Counted from the stretch's first letter, positions 18,742-29,068 are shown. The stretch is 64,000 bases of DNA from an uncultured Candidatus Rokubacteria bacterium (GCA_963840495.1 CAWIZN010000047.1:89485-153484); one strand, 5' to 3'. Notes: generated by a model from the sequence alone, not told the origin. Translations and numbers: made by a program.

Positions 18742-18889
18742 AGCCCGTCGGAGAAACCCGCTAGAGCGGCTGAGAAAGGTCCAGATGCGAGGCGGCGCCC
18801 GAAGGCAGCACGGCGAGGCGTACGTTTCTGTACGTTGAGCCGGCTGCCGAGGGCGCCAACGAAGCAGATGGGCCCTTATCATCCTCTAG
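18742..18889 (+). repeat. long-hairpin intergenic repeat, copy A2
   Basis: agcccgtcggagaaacccg + ctagagcggctgagaaaggtccagatgcgaggcggcgcccgaaggcagcacggcgaggcgtac..tacgttgagccggctgccgagggcgccaacgaagcagatgggcccttatcatcctctag. The terminal CTAG carries the TAG stop of the minus-strand PAT gene. Confidence 0.85.
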
Positions 18890-19389
18890 CCGCCTGCGAG
18901 GATCTGCTCCATGATGATGACGTCGACCCACCGGCCGTCGAGCAGGCCCTGCTCGCGGTAGATTCCGACCCGCCGGAAGCCCAGGGCCTCGTAGAGCTGC
19001 ATCCCCCGCTCATTCGTCGGGAACGCCGCGAGGACCATCTTGTGGAACCCGATCCTCCGCGCCTCGTCGATCACCCGTGGGAGCAGCACGCGTCCCACGC
19101 CTCGGCCCCGCTCGTCGCGCTCGACGTAGATCGACAGGTCGGCGACGTGGTCATAGGCCGGCCGAGGATTGAACCGGTTGAGACTGGCCCAGGCGATGAC
19201 GCGCCCGTCGCGCTCGGCCACGAGCACCGGATGGCGCTCGCTCCGTGAGGTCAACCACTCCCGCCGCTCATCCGGCGTCCGGAGCTCCGTCTCGAGGGTC
19301 GCCACGCGATCCTCGATGCCCTGGTTGTAGATCGTTGTGATCGCCGCAATATCACCCTCGCCCGCCCGCCTCACCGTGATCGCGCTCAT
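18886..19389 (-). CDS. GNAT acetyltransferase, phosphinothricin N-acetyltransferase (PAT/Bar)-like
   Basis: ORF 18886..19425(-). MSAITVRRAGEGDIAAITTIYNQGIEDRVATLETELRTPDERREWL..., with the acetyl-CoA motif RGRGVGRVLL. Start set to ATG 19389. Confidence 0.82.
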   Translation of the reverse strand: MSAITVRRAGEGDIAAITTIYNQGIEDRVATLETELRTPDERREWLTSRSERHPVLVAERDGRVIAWASLNRFNPRPAYDHVADLSIYVERDERGRGVGRVLLPRVIDEARRIGFHKMVLAAFPTNERGMQLYEALGFRRVGIYREQGLLDGRWVDVIIMEQILAGG

Positions 19390-19426
19390 GCGATCAGAGT
19401 GAGGCAGGCGGGCGGCATCGTCCAAT

Positions 19427-20880
19427 CACTTGTGCGGATGCAAACGATTGGCGATCCTGTGCGTGTGCGGTTTGCTCAGCGCTGGGCGGGAGCGAACGGC
19501 GAGGCGGGAGCGAACGGGTTGGACCGGGAGGGCGCCGGCTCGGCCAGCACTCCGCGTACTTTCTTGGTGCGCGGGCTCCGGATGAACCGCGGCGCTTGGC
19601 CGCAGACCCGCGGCGTCACCGGCCAGGTCAGCGAGAGCCTGTTCGGCAGTCTGGACCTCCTCCCGCGTCCGCCGCAGTGCGGCCCGCTTCCACCGCGCTG
19701 GCCCAAGGTGTATGGCAACTCCACGAGCAGCAGATAGTGGATTGCGATTGTAACGAATGCGACCAGGACGAGAGCCATGATCTCAGCTGCCGGGCCGAGA
19801 TTAGGCAGCAGGCGCTCCAGGATGAGCGCCAAGCCTACTGGCCACGGCGCCCCCCGCATCCTGGCAGCCTGGAAGAGGCTCACAGCACCGAACGCCGCCA
19901 CCGACAGCAAGAGCCACCGCGCCGGCGGCGTCGCCGCCAAGAGGTTGTCACGACGCTCAGGGTCGACGGGCACGCTGTCGAGCTGCGAAGCAGCAAGCGC
20001 ACGGGCGAACCCGATGGCGGGCAGCAGCAGAAGGACGTCGACCGGAACGAGGATCAGCGCTTGGGCCGAGAGGACCACGCCGCGGCCGTCGAGCCCTGAG
20101 GTCTTCTGGTCGGCTGGCCATGATCCAGAGCTCGAATCGCGGCAAGCGTGATGACCTTAGCCACGCCGACATGGAGGGCAAAAGGCGTGACGGCCAACCA
20201 GCCATCAGCCACGCTGCTGTCGGGAAGCCATCTGCCGAGTCGGCGAACTACGTGCAGATAGTGGAACCCGGCGCGGAAGAAGGCGGGCACATCGTTTGCG
20301 GTAAGCGCTGACAAGCCGACGGCATAGGCTGCCAATATGAAGAACGACTCCGGGGTAACCAGGCGAGCCAAAAACGCCTCTGGGGTAAGCAGGCGATCCC
20401 AGAAGAGGGCAGGCTGGGCTCGCGACCTGACAAGAAGGGCGATCCACAAGACGAAGTAGGCGAACGCGACGAGGCCCGCGACGCAGCGGCGCGCACGAGG
20501 GCTCTTGTGCCATCCCGCGCCCACCTCTGTCCCGTGGAGGAAGAACAGCGCCCCGAGGACAGCCATTGCCGCACTCGCGACACCGAACGCCTTCTCTCGG
20601 AATCCGACGTCCAGCATCCCGAGCGCGATAGCGTCAGCAGAAAACCCTCGCGAGGCGCCGGACGGAACGCGGGAACGTCCTCTGACGTACGGCGCGCTGC
20701 ACTGCTGGCATCGCTGCCGCTGGCCACGTAGAGTACAGGCAAGGACGCTCCCGACCCATGGTCCCAGCTTCGGTCCGATCCTCGACGCCCCACCCACACC
20801 GCAAGAGCGGCGATGAGTGCCGTGACGATCAGGCGGGGCCAGTCGAACACCGGCCAGTTCAGCCCGCAGAGCGGCTCCAC
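19427..20880 (-). pseudogene. polytopic membrane protein of unknown family, spread over at least 3 frames
   Basis: The N-terminus VEPLCGLNWPVFDWPRLIVTALIAALAVWVG (frame of 20248..20880) continues naturally in ORF 20054..20797 (..AMAVLGALFFLHG..GLVAFAYFVLWIALLV..FFILAAYAVGLSAL..). It continues again in ORF 19476..20078 (..ILVPVDVLLLLPAIGF..LLLSVAAFGAVSLF..ALVLVAFVTIAIHYLLLV..), with a helical tail (..RWKRAALRRTREEVQTAEQALADLAG..) in yet another frame. The region is visibly lower in GC. Confidence 0.4.
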
Positions 20881-21186
20881 ACCGACACGCTCGAGCCCTC
20901 CGGGTTTCCGGAGTGAGTCCCTAGAGGATAGGTTCGCCTGCCGATTTTGAGGATAACCTGACGACCCGCGGAGGTCCTGCAGGCAATGGCGCAGGCCGTC
21001 AGTCCCGTGGCAAGGCCGCCATCAGGGACGCAAGTAGAGAGGCTACGGCAGCGGTAGGCGGCACAACGAAGGTCGTCGAGTCGTCCTCGGCGCTCGTGGT
21101 GTGACTCTGTGTGTAGAACGATCTGGCAAAGGCGCTCGGCCGCCCTCCCCCTAACCCCCGCTAAGAGGTTTTAACCCCAATCGGCC

Positions 21187-21232
21187 AAGTGCCATAACCT
21201 CTCGGTCACTGAAGTGCCAGTACCTCTCGGTC
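21187..21232 (+). repeat. tandem 21-bp direct repeat (2 copies, 25-bp period) upstream of the integrase remnant
   Basis: aagtgccataacctctcggtc (21187-21207) and aagtgccagtacctctcggtc (21212-21232), 19/21 identical. Confidence 0.65.
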
Positions 21233-21268
21233 GCTATGCTTGGAGAAAACACTTGGGAGTGAGGTGCG

Positions 21269-22340
21269 ATGAGTAAAAAGGCCCCCGGCGGAGGAGAACA
21301 GGCGGCGTGCCATGGTGGCAGCGGTTCGGGACGGCGCCTCGATGCGATCCGTGACACGGGCTCAGAAGGTGAGCCTGGCGACCGTGCAATGGTGGCTGCG
21401 ACGAGCCGGGCAGCGGTCCTTGGAGGAGGTCGATTGGAGCGACCATGCGCCGATTCCCGGACGGACTCGTCGAACTGATCCTCGGTAGAAGATGCCGTGT
21501 TGATCCTGCGCCGCGAGCTGAAGGAGACGAGTAATCTGGGCGAGTACGGCGCTCAGGCTCTCCACCGCGAGCTAGTGATACGAGGAGGCGCGACGGTGCC
21601 CGCGGTGCGCACCATCGGTCGAATCCTCGAACGCCGAGGTGCGTTGGATGGCCGGCGACGCGTGCCTCGACCTTCCGGCCTCGCCAGGCTGGCATCTCCC
21701 CGACTGCGAGGACGGACGCGCTGAACTCGACAGCTTCGATACCGTCGAGGGGCTCACTTTGGAAGGGGGTCTCCGTCTGGAGGTCCTCAATGTGGTCTCC
21801 TTGCACGGGGCTTGCCGGGCTCGTGGCCGCAGACGCTGGTGACCGCAAAACCGCGGTCGAGGCGCTCGTGGACACTGGCGCGAATTCGGACTGCCGACCT
21901 ATGCCGTCGACAACGACACCGTCTTCCATGGGAGCCACCACGGTCAGGATTCTCTCGGCCTCGTCGTGCGGACCTGCCTGCGGCTCGGGGTTACTCCGGT
22001 CTTCGCGCGGCCACAGGAGAGTGGCTTTCAAGCGGCCGTCGAAAATGTCAACGGCCGCTGGCAAGCCAAAGTTTGGGCTCGCTTCCACCATGCGTTGCTC
22101 GCCGCCCTTCAAGAATGTTCTCGACGTTATATCAGCGCCTACCGCAAGCGCGCCGCCGCCCGGATCGAGGCGCGCCTCCGCGGCGGCCGTTCCCGCCCGC
22201 CTGGCGGCCGGACTTGCAGGCCCATCCGGTCGGGACGGTCATCTACATCCGCCGCAGTTCGGAGGCCGGTGCCGTCAGCCTCCTGGGTCATAGCTTTGCC
22301 GTGGTGCGAGAGCTCCTGACACTTGACCGACACGGTGAGC
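21269..22340 (+). pseudogene. decayed DDE (rve-type) integrase/transposase
   Basis: Pieces lie in all three plus frames. HTH: ..RRRAMVAAVRDGASMRSVTRAQKVSLATVQWWLRRAGQRSLEEVDW.. Then ..ILRRELKETSNLGEYGAQALHRELVIRGGATVPAVRTIGRILERRGALDGRRR.. Catalytic-core-like: ..YAVDNDTVFHGSHHGQDSLGLVVRTCLRLGVTPVFARPQESGFQAAVENVNGRWQAKVW.. There are multiple stops and frame changes, and no matching right-end repeat. Confidence 0.6.
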
Positions 22341-22345
22341 CCGCG

Positions 22346-23152
22346 TCATTTCTTCACCCCGGCGAGAAAGGCGAGGAGCGCGCGGTTGAAGCGCGGCACC
22401 TCCTCGATGAAAAAGGCGTGCCCGCCGGGAAGGATCTTGAGCTTGGCATCGGGGATGAGAGCGGCCAGCCGCCGCGAGAAAACGGGCGGCGTCAGGATGT
22501 CGTCTCCACCAGCACGAGCGCCGGCGCCCGGAGCTTGCCCAGCTCGCGCAGCCGCGTCCCGTTCCACTCGACCAGCCCCCGGCCTTGCCGCTCGATCGCG
22601 TCGGCCTTGGTGGGGAACGGATAGGCGAGCGCACGCTTGACGGCGTCCGCCACGCGCGCGGAGTCGCCGAGGAAGGCGGGCGAGTAGAGCCACGGGAAGA
22701 GCAGGTGGCGGAAACGATCCTCGAGCGAGAGCTGGGGCGCCAGCGCGCGCCATGACTCGATCGTGCGCAGGAAGCGGCCGTCCCCCTCCGCCCACGTGCA
22801 GCACAGGGTGAGGCTCCTGACGCTCGCCGGGTACCGGATCGGCGAGCTCCATGGCGATGGTGCCGCCCATCGAGGCGCCGATCACGTGGGCGCGCTTCAC
22901 GTTCAGGTGATCGAGGAGCGCCCGGGCGTCCTCCGCCAGCTCGCCGGTCGCGTACCGCAGCTCGCGCGGCATGTCGGTCTCGCCCACCCCGCGATTGTCG
23001 AAGGTGATGACGTGATAGCGCGGCGAGAGGTCGCGTACCTGGAAGAGCCACCCGACGCCGGGTCCGCCGAGTCCGCTGATGAGGAGCACGGGGTCGCCGG
23101 CGCCATGCGTCTCGTAGTGCATGCGGATGCCGTTCACGGTCGCGTAGGGCAA
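22346..23152 (-). CDS. alpha/beta hydrolase, two compensating frameshifts as sequenced
   Basis: ORF 22346..23248(-) carries the N-terminus (..VNGIRMHYETHGAGDPVLLISGLGGPG...HVIGASMGGTIAMELA) and the C-terminus (..DDILTPPVFSRRLAALIPDAKLKILPGGHAFFIEE..). The middle roughly 110 aa reads naturally only in another frame (..IRYP..VRSLTLCCTWAEGDGRFLRTIESWRALAPQLSLEDRF..). Junctions are at about 22843-22850 and 22498-22505. TTG start at 23152 with GGAGG upstream. Confidence 0.75.
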   Translation of the reverse strand: MPYATVNGIRMHYETHGAGDPVLLISGLGGPGVGWLFQVRDLSPRYHVITFDNRGVGETDMPRELRYATGELAEDARALLDHLNVKRAHVIGASMGGTIAMELADPVPGERQEPHPVLHVGGGGRPLPAHDRVMARAGAPALARGSFPPPALPVALLARLPRRLRARGGRRQACARLSVPHQGRRDRAARPGAGRVERDAAARAGQAPGAGARAGGDDILTPPVFSRRLAALIPDAKLKILPGGHAFFIEEVPRFNRALLAFLAGVKK

Positions 23153-23171
23153 GGAGCGAAGCCTCCGGGCG

Positions 23172-24177
23172 TTAGAGCGTGAGGGCGACTTTGATCGAAT
23201 CGGGAGCGCGATGCGCCTCGAAGGCATCGGCGATTCGATCGAGGGCAAACCGGTGCGTGAGCAAGCGCTGCCCCTGCACCTGACCGGACGCGAGGAGCGC
23301 CATGGCCTCCGGGAACTCGTCCTGGTAGATCATCGAGCCGAGGATGCTGATCTCCCGCCGCACCACCCAGAAAAACTCGAGCTGGCTCGCCTCGTGGGGC
23401 AGCCCGGTCAAGACGACGCGCCCACCGGGCCGGCACAGCTCGACGGCCTGCCCGACGGCCGGCGCGGTGCCCGCGGTCTCGACGACCAGGTCGACCCCTT
23501 CGCGACCGGACAGCGCCCGCGCCGCCTCGACATGATCCCCCGCGTCCGTGGTGGCGACCGCGTCGGCGCCGAGCGCCCGGGCGAGCGGCAGCCGGCGCGC
23601 CGAACGCCCCACCGCGAGCACCCGGCACCCGCGCGCCTTGAGGACCTGGATGGCGAGGAGCCCGAGGGCGCCGACGCCCAGCACCGCGGCCGTCTCTCCC
23701 GCGCGCCGGCGCGCCGCGCCGCACCGCGCGGACCACGACGGCGAGGGGCTCGGTGAGGAGGAGCTGATCGTCGTCGATCCCGGCGGGCGCGGGCCAGCAG
23801 CAATGGGCGGGCAGCGCCACTTCCTGAGCGAAGCCGCCGTCCACGTCGATGCCCACCGCCGTTCGCGACAGGCAGAGGTTCTTGTTGCCCTCTCGGCACA
23901 GCGGACATACACCGCACGAGTAGTTGGGCTCGACCGCCACCTTGGCCCCGGGCGTGAGCCCGCTCACGCCGGACCCGAGGGCGAGCACACGGCCGATCAG
24001 CTCATGGCCCATCACGCGCGGGTAGTCGACGGCGCGATCGCCGTTCCAGATCCGGTAGTCGGTGCCGCACAGACCGGCGCCCTCGACCCGGATCACGGCT
24101 TCGCCGACGCCGGGCGAAAGCGACGGGCGGGTCTCGATCGTGAGATCTCTCGGCGCGTGGAGGACAGCCGCGATCAT
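23172..24177 (-). CDS. zinc-dependent alcohol dehydrogenase family (threonine/sorbitol dehydrogenase-like), frameshifted as sequenced
   Basis: ORF 23134..24177(-) gives the N-terminus (..GLCGTDYRIW..GHELIGRV..CGVCPLCREGNKNLC..). ORF 23172..23912(-) gives the C-terminus (..AGETAAVLGVGALGLLAIQVLKARG...). The junction is at about 23700-23725. Confidence 0.8.
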
Positions 24178-24202
24178 GGCCTTCGTATCCTATCGCACGA
24201 CC

Positions 24203-24352
24203 CTAGAGCCTGTCGGAGTGACCCGGCTAGAGCGATGAGAAGGGTCCAGCTGCGAGGCGGCGCCCGATGGCAGCCGCGAGGCGTACTCTCTGTACGTTGA
24301 GCCTGCTGTCGAGGGCGCCTACGCAGCAGATGGGCCCTTCTCATCGCTCTAG
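24203..24352 (+). repeat. long-hairpin intergenic repeat, copy A3
   Basis: ..agcctgtcggagtgacccgg + ctagagcgatgagaagggtccagctgcgaggcggcgcccgatggcagccgcgaggcgtac..tacgttgagcctgctgtcgagggcgcctacgcagcagatgggcccttctcatcgctctag. The terminal CTAG carries the TAG stop of the SDR. It lies between the co-directional SDR and ADH genes. Confidence 0.85.
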
Positions 24353-25110
24353 GCCGCGGAGTGACCGCCGTCGAGAAATACCGTTTGACCGGTCATGTAG
24401 CTCGACGCGGCCGAGGCCAGGTAGACGGCGAGCGGCCCGATCTCTTCCAGGTGGCCGGTGCGGCGCATGGGCACGTCGCGCAGCAGCCGCTCGCGGACCC
24501 TGGCCTGGTCGAACGCCTCCGAGTTCATGTCGGTGACGAACCAGCCGGGCGCGATGGCATTGACCTGGATATTGTGGCGCGCCCATTCCACGCCGAGTGC
24601 GCGGGTCAGCGCGATGACGCCCCCCTTGGACGCCGAGTACGCCGCATAGCCGGGCAGCCCGGCGGCGCCGAGCACGGAGGCCAGGTTGATGACCTTGCCG
24701 GATTCCTGCGCGATCAGCCGTCCCGCGGCGGCTCGGCAGCCGTTGAAGACGCCGATCAGGTTGACCTCGACGGTGCGCCGAAACTCCTCCGGCGCCATCT
24801 CGGCCACCGGCGAGACGCTCGCGACGCCCGAGTTATTGACCACGACGTCGAGCCGGCCCAGCTCAGCCTCCGTGCGCGCGATGAGCGCCTCCACCTGGGC
24901 GTAGTCCGCCACGTCGGTCGGCACGACGATCGCGCGGCGCCCGAGCGCCCGGATCTCGTGGGCGGTCTGCTCGAGCTCGGCCACGGAGCGCGCCGCCACC
25001 GCCACATCGGCCCCGGCGCCCGCCAGCGCCAGCGCCATGGCGCGACCCAGACCGCGGCTCGCGCCAGTGACGACGGCGACCTTGCCGTCGAGGGCGAAGG
25101 CGGAGAGGAC
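24349..25110 (-). CDS. short-chain dehydrogenase/reductase (FabG-like), start unresolved
   Basis: ORF 24349..25038(-) has the YxxxK site (YAAYSASKGG). The Rossmann motif ..FALDGKVAVVTGASRGLGRA lies in frame upstream of the first ATG (25038). No ATG, GTG or TTG occurs between it and the upstream in-frame TGA. Confidence 0.78.
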   Translation of the reverse strand, partial: VLSAFALDGKVAVVTGASRGLGRAMALALAGAGADVAVAARSVAELEQTAHEIRALGRRAIVVPTDVADYAQVEALIARTEAELGRLDVVVNNSGVASVSPVAEMAPEEFRRTVEVNLIGVFNGCRAAAGRLIAQESGKVINLASVLGAAGLPGYAAYSASKGGVIALTRALGVEWARHNIQVNAIAPGWFVTDMNSEAFDQARVRERLLRDVPMRRTGHLEEIGPLAVYLASAASSYMTGQTVFLDGGHSAA

Positions 25111-25114
25111 CGGC

Positions 25115-26902
25115 CTATCGATAGAGGGAATCGAGCTGGTCCTTGTGCTGCTCGGTGATGATCTTCCGCTTCACCTTGAGCGTCGGGGTGAGGAGGCCAT
25201 TGTCCACCGTGAAGTCCTCGGCCAGGATGAGGAACTTCTTCACCTTGGCGTAGGATTGCAGCTCGCCATTGCGCTCCTCCACGATGCGCGAGACGCGCTC
25301 GATCACCTTGGGGTGCTTGGCCAGCGCGGCCGGATCGGCGTTCAGAATCCCCTGCGCCTTGGCGAACTTGGCGAGCTCCTCGGGGTTGAGCGTGATCAGC
25401 GCGACCGGATAGGGCCGGCGATCGCCGTGGACCATGGCCTGGCTGATGAAGGGATCGCCCTTGAGGAGGTTCTCGATGTTCTGCGGCGCGATATTGATCC
25501 CGCCCGCGGTGACGATGAGGTCCTTCTTTCGATCGGTGATGGACAGGAAGCCCTCGGAGTCGATCGTGCCGATGTCGCCGGTGGCGAACCAGCCATCGGC
25601 CAGGAAGACCTCGGCGGTCGCCTCGGGCTTCTTGAAATAGCCCTTGGCGATATTGGGCCCGCGCCCGAGGATCTCGCCGTCCGCGGCGATCTTGAGCTCG
25701 ACGCCCGGCTGGGCCTGCCCCACGGTCCCGAACTTGAAGTGGTCCTCGCGGTTGAAGGTGAGCGAGGGGCAGGTCTCGGTGAGCCCATAGCCCTCGAGGA
25801 TCAGGATGCCCGCCGCGTGGAAGAACTCGGCGATCTCCTTGGACAGCGGCGCGCCGCCCGACACCGCGAAGCGCAGCCGCCCGCCGAGGGCCGCCCGCAT
25901 CTTCGAGAAGACGAGCTTGTCGGCCAGGCGGTGCTGGAAGGCGAGCCCGGACGGCACCGGCTGGCGGGCCTGCGCGAGCTTCGAGACTTTCTTGCCCACG
26001 CCCACCGCCCAGAAGAAGATCTTCTTCTTGAGCCCCTTCTCGGCGTCGGCCCGGGCAAGAATCCCCGCGTACACCTTCTCGAAGACGCGCGGCACGCTGC
26101 AGATGAAGTGGGGCTGGATCTCGGGGAGGTTCTCCCGGAGCCGGTCGATGCTCTCGGCGAACGCCGTGGTGAGACCCCGGTAGACCCCCGCAAAGGACTC
26201 GAGCCGGCCGAAGGAGTGCGCCAGCGGCAGGAAGAGGAGATGGACGTCGCCTTCCTTCACGCGCAGCGTCTGCTCCGAGGACTTGAGCATGAAGACGTGG
26301 TTGCCGTGGGTCTGGACCACCCCCTTGGGCGGGCCCGTCGTGCCCGAGGTGTACACGATCGTCGCGATGTCGTCGGGCAGTCCTTCGGCGACCCGGCCGG
26401 CCAGCTCGCTCTTGAGCGCGTCGGCGCGGTCGCGGCCGAGCTGGCGCAGCGCCTCCCAGGTGAGCACCCAGGGCTCCTTGCCCTGATAGCCCTCCATCAC
26501 CACGACCTGCTCGAGGCCGTCCATCTTGTCCTTCACCTCGGCCACCTTCGCGAGCTGGGCTCCGTCCTCGACGATGAGCGTCTTGATCCCCGCGTCGTTG
26601 ACGATGTACTGGATCAGATCCGGCGGATAGCTCGGGTAGATCGGAATGGTCCGGGCGCCGGCCGAGAAGACGGCGAAGTCCGCGTGGACCCACTCGGGCC
26701 GGCTCGCCGAGAGCACCCCGACCGCCTCACCCTTCTTCCGCCCGAGCGCGATGAGGCCGAGCGCGACCTCGCGCGTGATGTCGCCCATCTCTCGCCACGA
26801 GAGCGTCTGCCACGCGCCCCCGCGCTTGAACCGCTGGGCGGGACCGCCGCCGCCTCGCTCCACGCGCGCCCAGAACATCCGTGCCAGAGTGTCGTCGGCC
26901 AT
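25115..26902 (-). CDS. fadD: long-chain-fatty-acid--CoA ligase (AMP-dependent synthetase)
   Basis: ORF 25115..27001(-), intact. AMP-binding motifs ..IVYTSGTTGPPKGV.., ..GYGLTET.., ..TGDIG..DRKKDLI.. Start set to ATG 26902 (MADDTLARMFW) with GGGAGAG upstream. Confidence 0.9.
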   Translation of the reverse strand: MADDTLARMFWARVERGGGGPAQRFKRGGAWQTLSWREMGDITREVALGLIALGRKKGEAVGVLSASRPEWVHADFAVFSAGARTIPIYPSYPPDLIQYIVNDAGIKTLIVEDGAQLAKVAEVKDKMDGLEQVVVMEGYQGKEPWVLTWEALRQLGRDRADALKSELAGRVAEGLPDDIATIVYTSGTTGPPKGVVQTHGNHVFMLKSSEQTLRVKEGDVHLLFLPLAHSFGRLESFAGVYRGLTTAFAESIDRLRENLPEIQPHFICSVPRVFEKVYAGILARADAEKGLKKKIFFWAVGVGKKVSKLAQARQPVPSGLAFQHRLADKLVFSKMRAALGGRLRFAVSGGAPLSKEIAEFFHAAGILILEGYGLTETCPSLTFNREDHFKFGTVGQAQPGVELKIAADGEILGRGPNIAKGYFKKPEATAEVFLADGWFATGDIGTIDSEGFLSITDRKKDLIVTAGGINIAPQNIENLLKGDPFISQAMVHGDRRPYPVALITLNPEELAKFAKAQGILNADPAALAKHPKVIERVSRIVEERNGELQSYAKVKKFLILAEDFTVDNGLLTPTLKVKRKIITEQHKDQLDSLYR

Positions 26903-26913
26903 GGATCTCTCCC

Positions 26914-28421
26914 TCAGAGCTGTCTGCGGAGCTCTTTTTTCAGGATCTTCCCGATCGGGCTCTTGGGCAGTGAGTCCACAAAACGGACGTGCTTCGGACA
27001 CTTGAACCGTGCGAGCCGGGTCGCGCAGAACGCCATGACGTCATCGGCCGTCGCCGCCTCGCCGGGTTTGAGCACGACGAAGGCGAGGACGTCCTCGCCC
27101 ATCAGCGCATCCGGCATGGCGATCACCGCGGCCTCCGCGGTCTTCGGGAAGGCGTAGAGCACTTCCTCGACTTCCCGAGGGTAGATATTGAACCCGCCGC
27201 GGATGATGAGGTCTTTCTTTCGCTCGACGATGTAGAGGAAGCTCGTCCTCGTCGAGGCGCCCCATGTCGCCCGTGTGCAGCCACCCCTCGCGGATGGCGC
27301 GCGCCGTCTCCTCGGGGCTCCGATAGTAGCCCACCATCACGTTGGGCCCCTTCACGCAGACCTCGCCGACCTCGCCGGCGGGCAGATGCCGGCCATCGTC
27401 GTCCTGGATGGAGACGCGCACGCCCGGAATCGGCTGGCCCACGGAGCCGAGCTTCCTGACGCCCGACAGCCGATGGGCCGAGACCACGGGCGACGCCTCG
27501 GTGAGGCCATAGCCCTCCATGAGCTTGCCCCCGAACTTCCGCTCGAACGGCTCCACGATCTCGACGGGGAGCGGTGCGGCACCGGATCCCCAGACGCGCA
27601 TCGTCCGCGTATCGAAGCGGTCCGCCTCGGCGTAGTTCAGCAAGTAGAGGAACATGGTCGGGACGCCCGCCATGCTCGTCGCCTTGAAGGCCTGGATGGC
27701 CGCGAGAACCTCTTCGGGATTGAACCAGCGGAGGAGGCACGCCCGCGTGCCGAGGATGTGGCCCGCGTTCATCACCGTGAGGCCGTAGGAATGCGACAGC
27801 GGCAGGACCGCGACGCCCCAGTCCGTCCGGTCGAGCTCGGTAGAGCGCGGCCGCCGAGCGCGCGTTGGACTCGAGGTTGTCATGCGAGAGCGCCACGCCC
27901 TTGGGCACCCCGGTGGTCCCCGACGTGTAGAGGATCACCGCGAGGTCGTCGGCGCCGCGCTCCTCGGTCGGGAACGACTCGGGCTCCCCCGCGATCTCCC
28001 CGGCGAACGAGAGGGTGCGGCCGTCTCCCCCGCCGTCCACGAGCAGCACGTGGCGAAGCGTGGGCATGACGCCGATCTGCGCGTCGACTTTCCAGAGCAT
28101 ATCGCTCGAGGTGATGACGACCTTCGACTCGGAGTCGGCGAGGATGTGCGCGACCTCCGCGTCGCCGAGCAGGAAGATCACCGGGACGATCACGCCGCCC
28201 GCCCTCAGAATTCCGCCGTAGCTCTGCAGCACCTCGGGACAGTTGGGCAGCATGACCATGACGCGGTCGCCCGGCTCGACCCCGAGGCGGCGCAACGCAT
28301 TGGCCACGCGGCCCGCCGTCCGGTGCTGCTCGACGTTGGTGTACTGCCGCCCCTCGAAGGCGAGCGCGACGTATTCGCCGTACTTCTCGAGGCTCTCCTC
28401 CACCAGGCGCGTGAGTGACAT
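26914..28421 (-). CDS. acyl-CoA synthetase (AMP-binding), two frameshifts as sequenced
   Basis: Three frames: 27123..28421 (MSLTRLVEESLEKYGEYVALAFEG...ILYTSGTTGVPKGVALSH..), 27041..27883 (..WGVAVLPLSHSYGLTVMNAG...EGYGLTEASPV...WLHTGDMGRLDED) and 26914..27162 (..LYAFPKTAEAAVIAMPD...PKSPIGKILKKELRRQL). Junctions are at about 27838-27845 and 27236-27243. Confidence 0.82.
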
Positions 28422-28573
28422 CTCGGGCTCCGGAGCTCGGGATCCAGGGGGTTAGGGCAAGCGACAACCCTATAGCATGACGGGGATAACGCAACGCAAG
28501 AAAAGTGCCCCGGAGCGAAGATCGCATGAGGTGCTTCAGAACCGGCGGTTGGCCGGTGAGAACCGCGCCGGAC

Positions 28574-29068
28574 CTACCGCTCCCGCCGCTTCTCCAGTCG
28601 CTCTTCCAGAGCGCGGAGCTGCTCGCGCAGGGCGAAGACCTCGTCGCGGAGGGCGTCGCCTTCCGCGGCCTCGGTCCGCTTCTCCGGCTTCGGCTCGGCG
28701 GGCGTGCCGTGCAGCCACCCGGCCCGCGAGGCCCATTCGCGGAGCACGCGGTCGGACTCGCGCTGGCTCGTCATGATGCCGTCGAGGCTCGACTTGAGCG
28801 AGCGCTGGACGAAGTCCTGCCACGCCTCGCCGTGCTTGATGAGCTGGTGGAGGAAGGCGGTGGGCAGCGTGGCGCGGCGGTTCCTCTCGTTCTCGAGAAT
28901 GATCTGGGCGAGCGTGACCGAGGTCAGGTCTTCCCCCGTGGACACGTCGACGACCGAGATCTCCTTGCCCGCGCGGATGAGCTCTTCGAGCTCTTCGAGC
29001 GTGACGTACCGGCTCTCTTGCGTATCGTAGAGCTTGCGGTTCGAGTAACGCTTGATCACGTACGCCAT
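28574..29068 (-). CDS. phaR: polyhydroxyalkanoate synthesis repressor PhaR
   Basis: ORF 28574..29137(-). MAYVIKRYSNRKLYDTQESRYVTLEELEELIRAGKEISVVD..GEDLTSVTLAQIILE.. is the PhaR N-terminal DNA-binding domain pattern. Start set to ATG 29068. Confidence 0.82.
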   Translation of the reverse strand: MAYVIKRYSNRKLYDTQESRYVTLEELEELIRAGKEISVVDVSTGEDLTSVTLAQIILENERNRRATLPTAFLHQLIKHGEAWQDFVQRSLKSSLDGIMTSQRESDRVLREWASRAGWLHGTPAEPKPEKRTEAAEGDALRDEVFALREQLRALEERLEKRRER

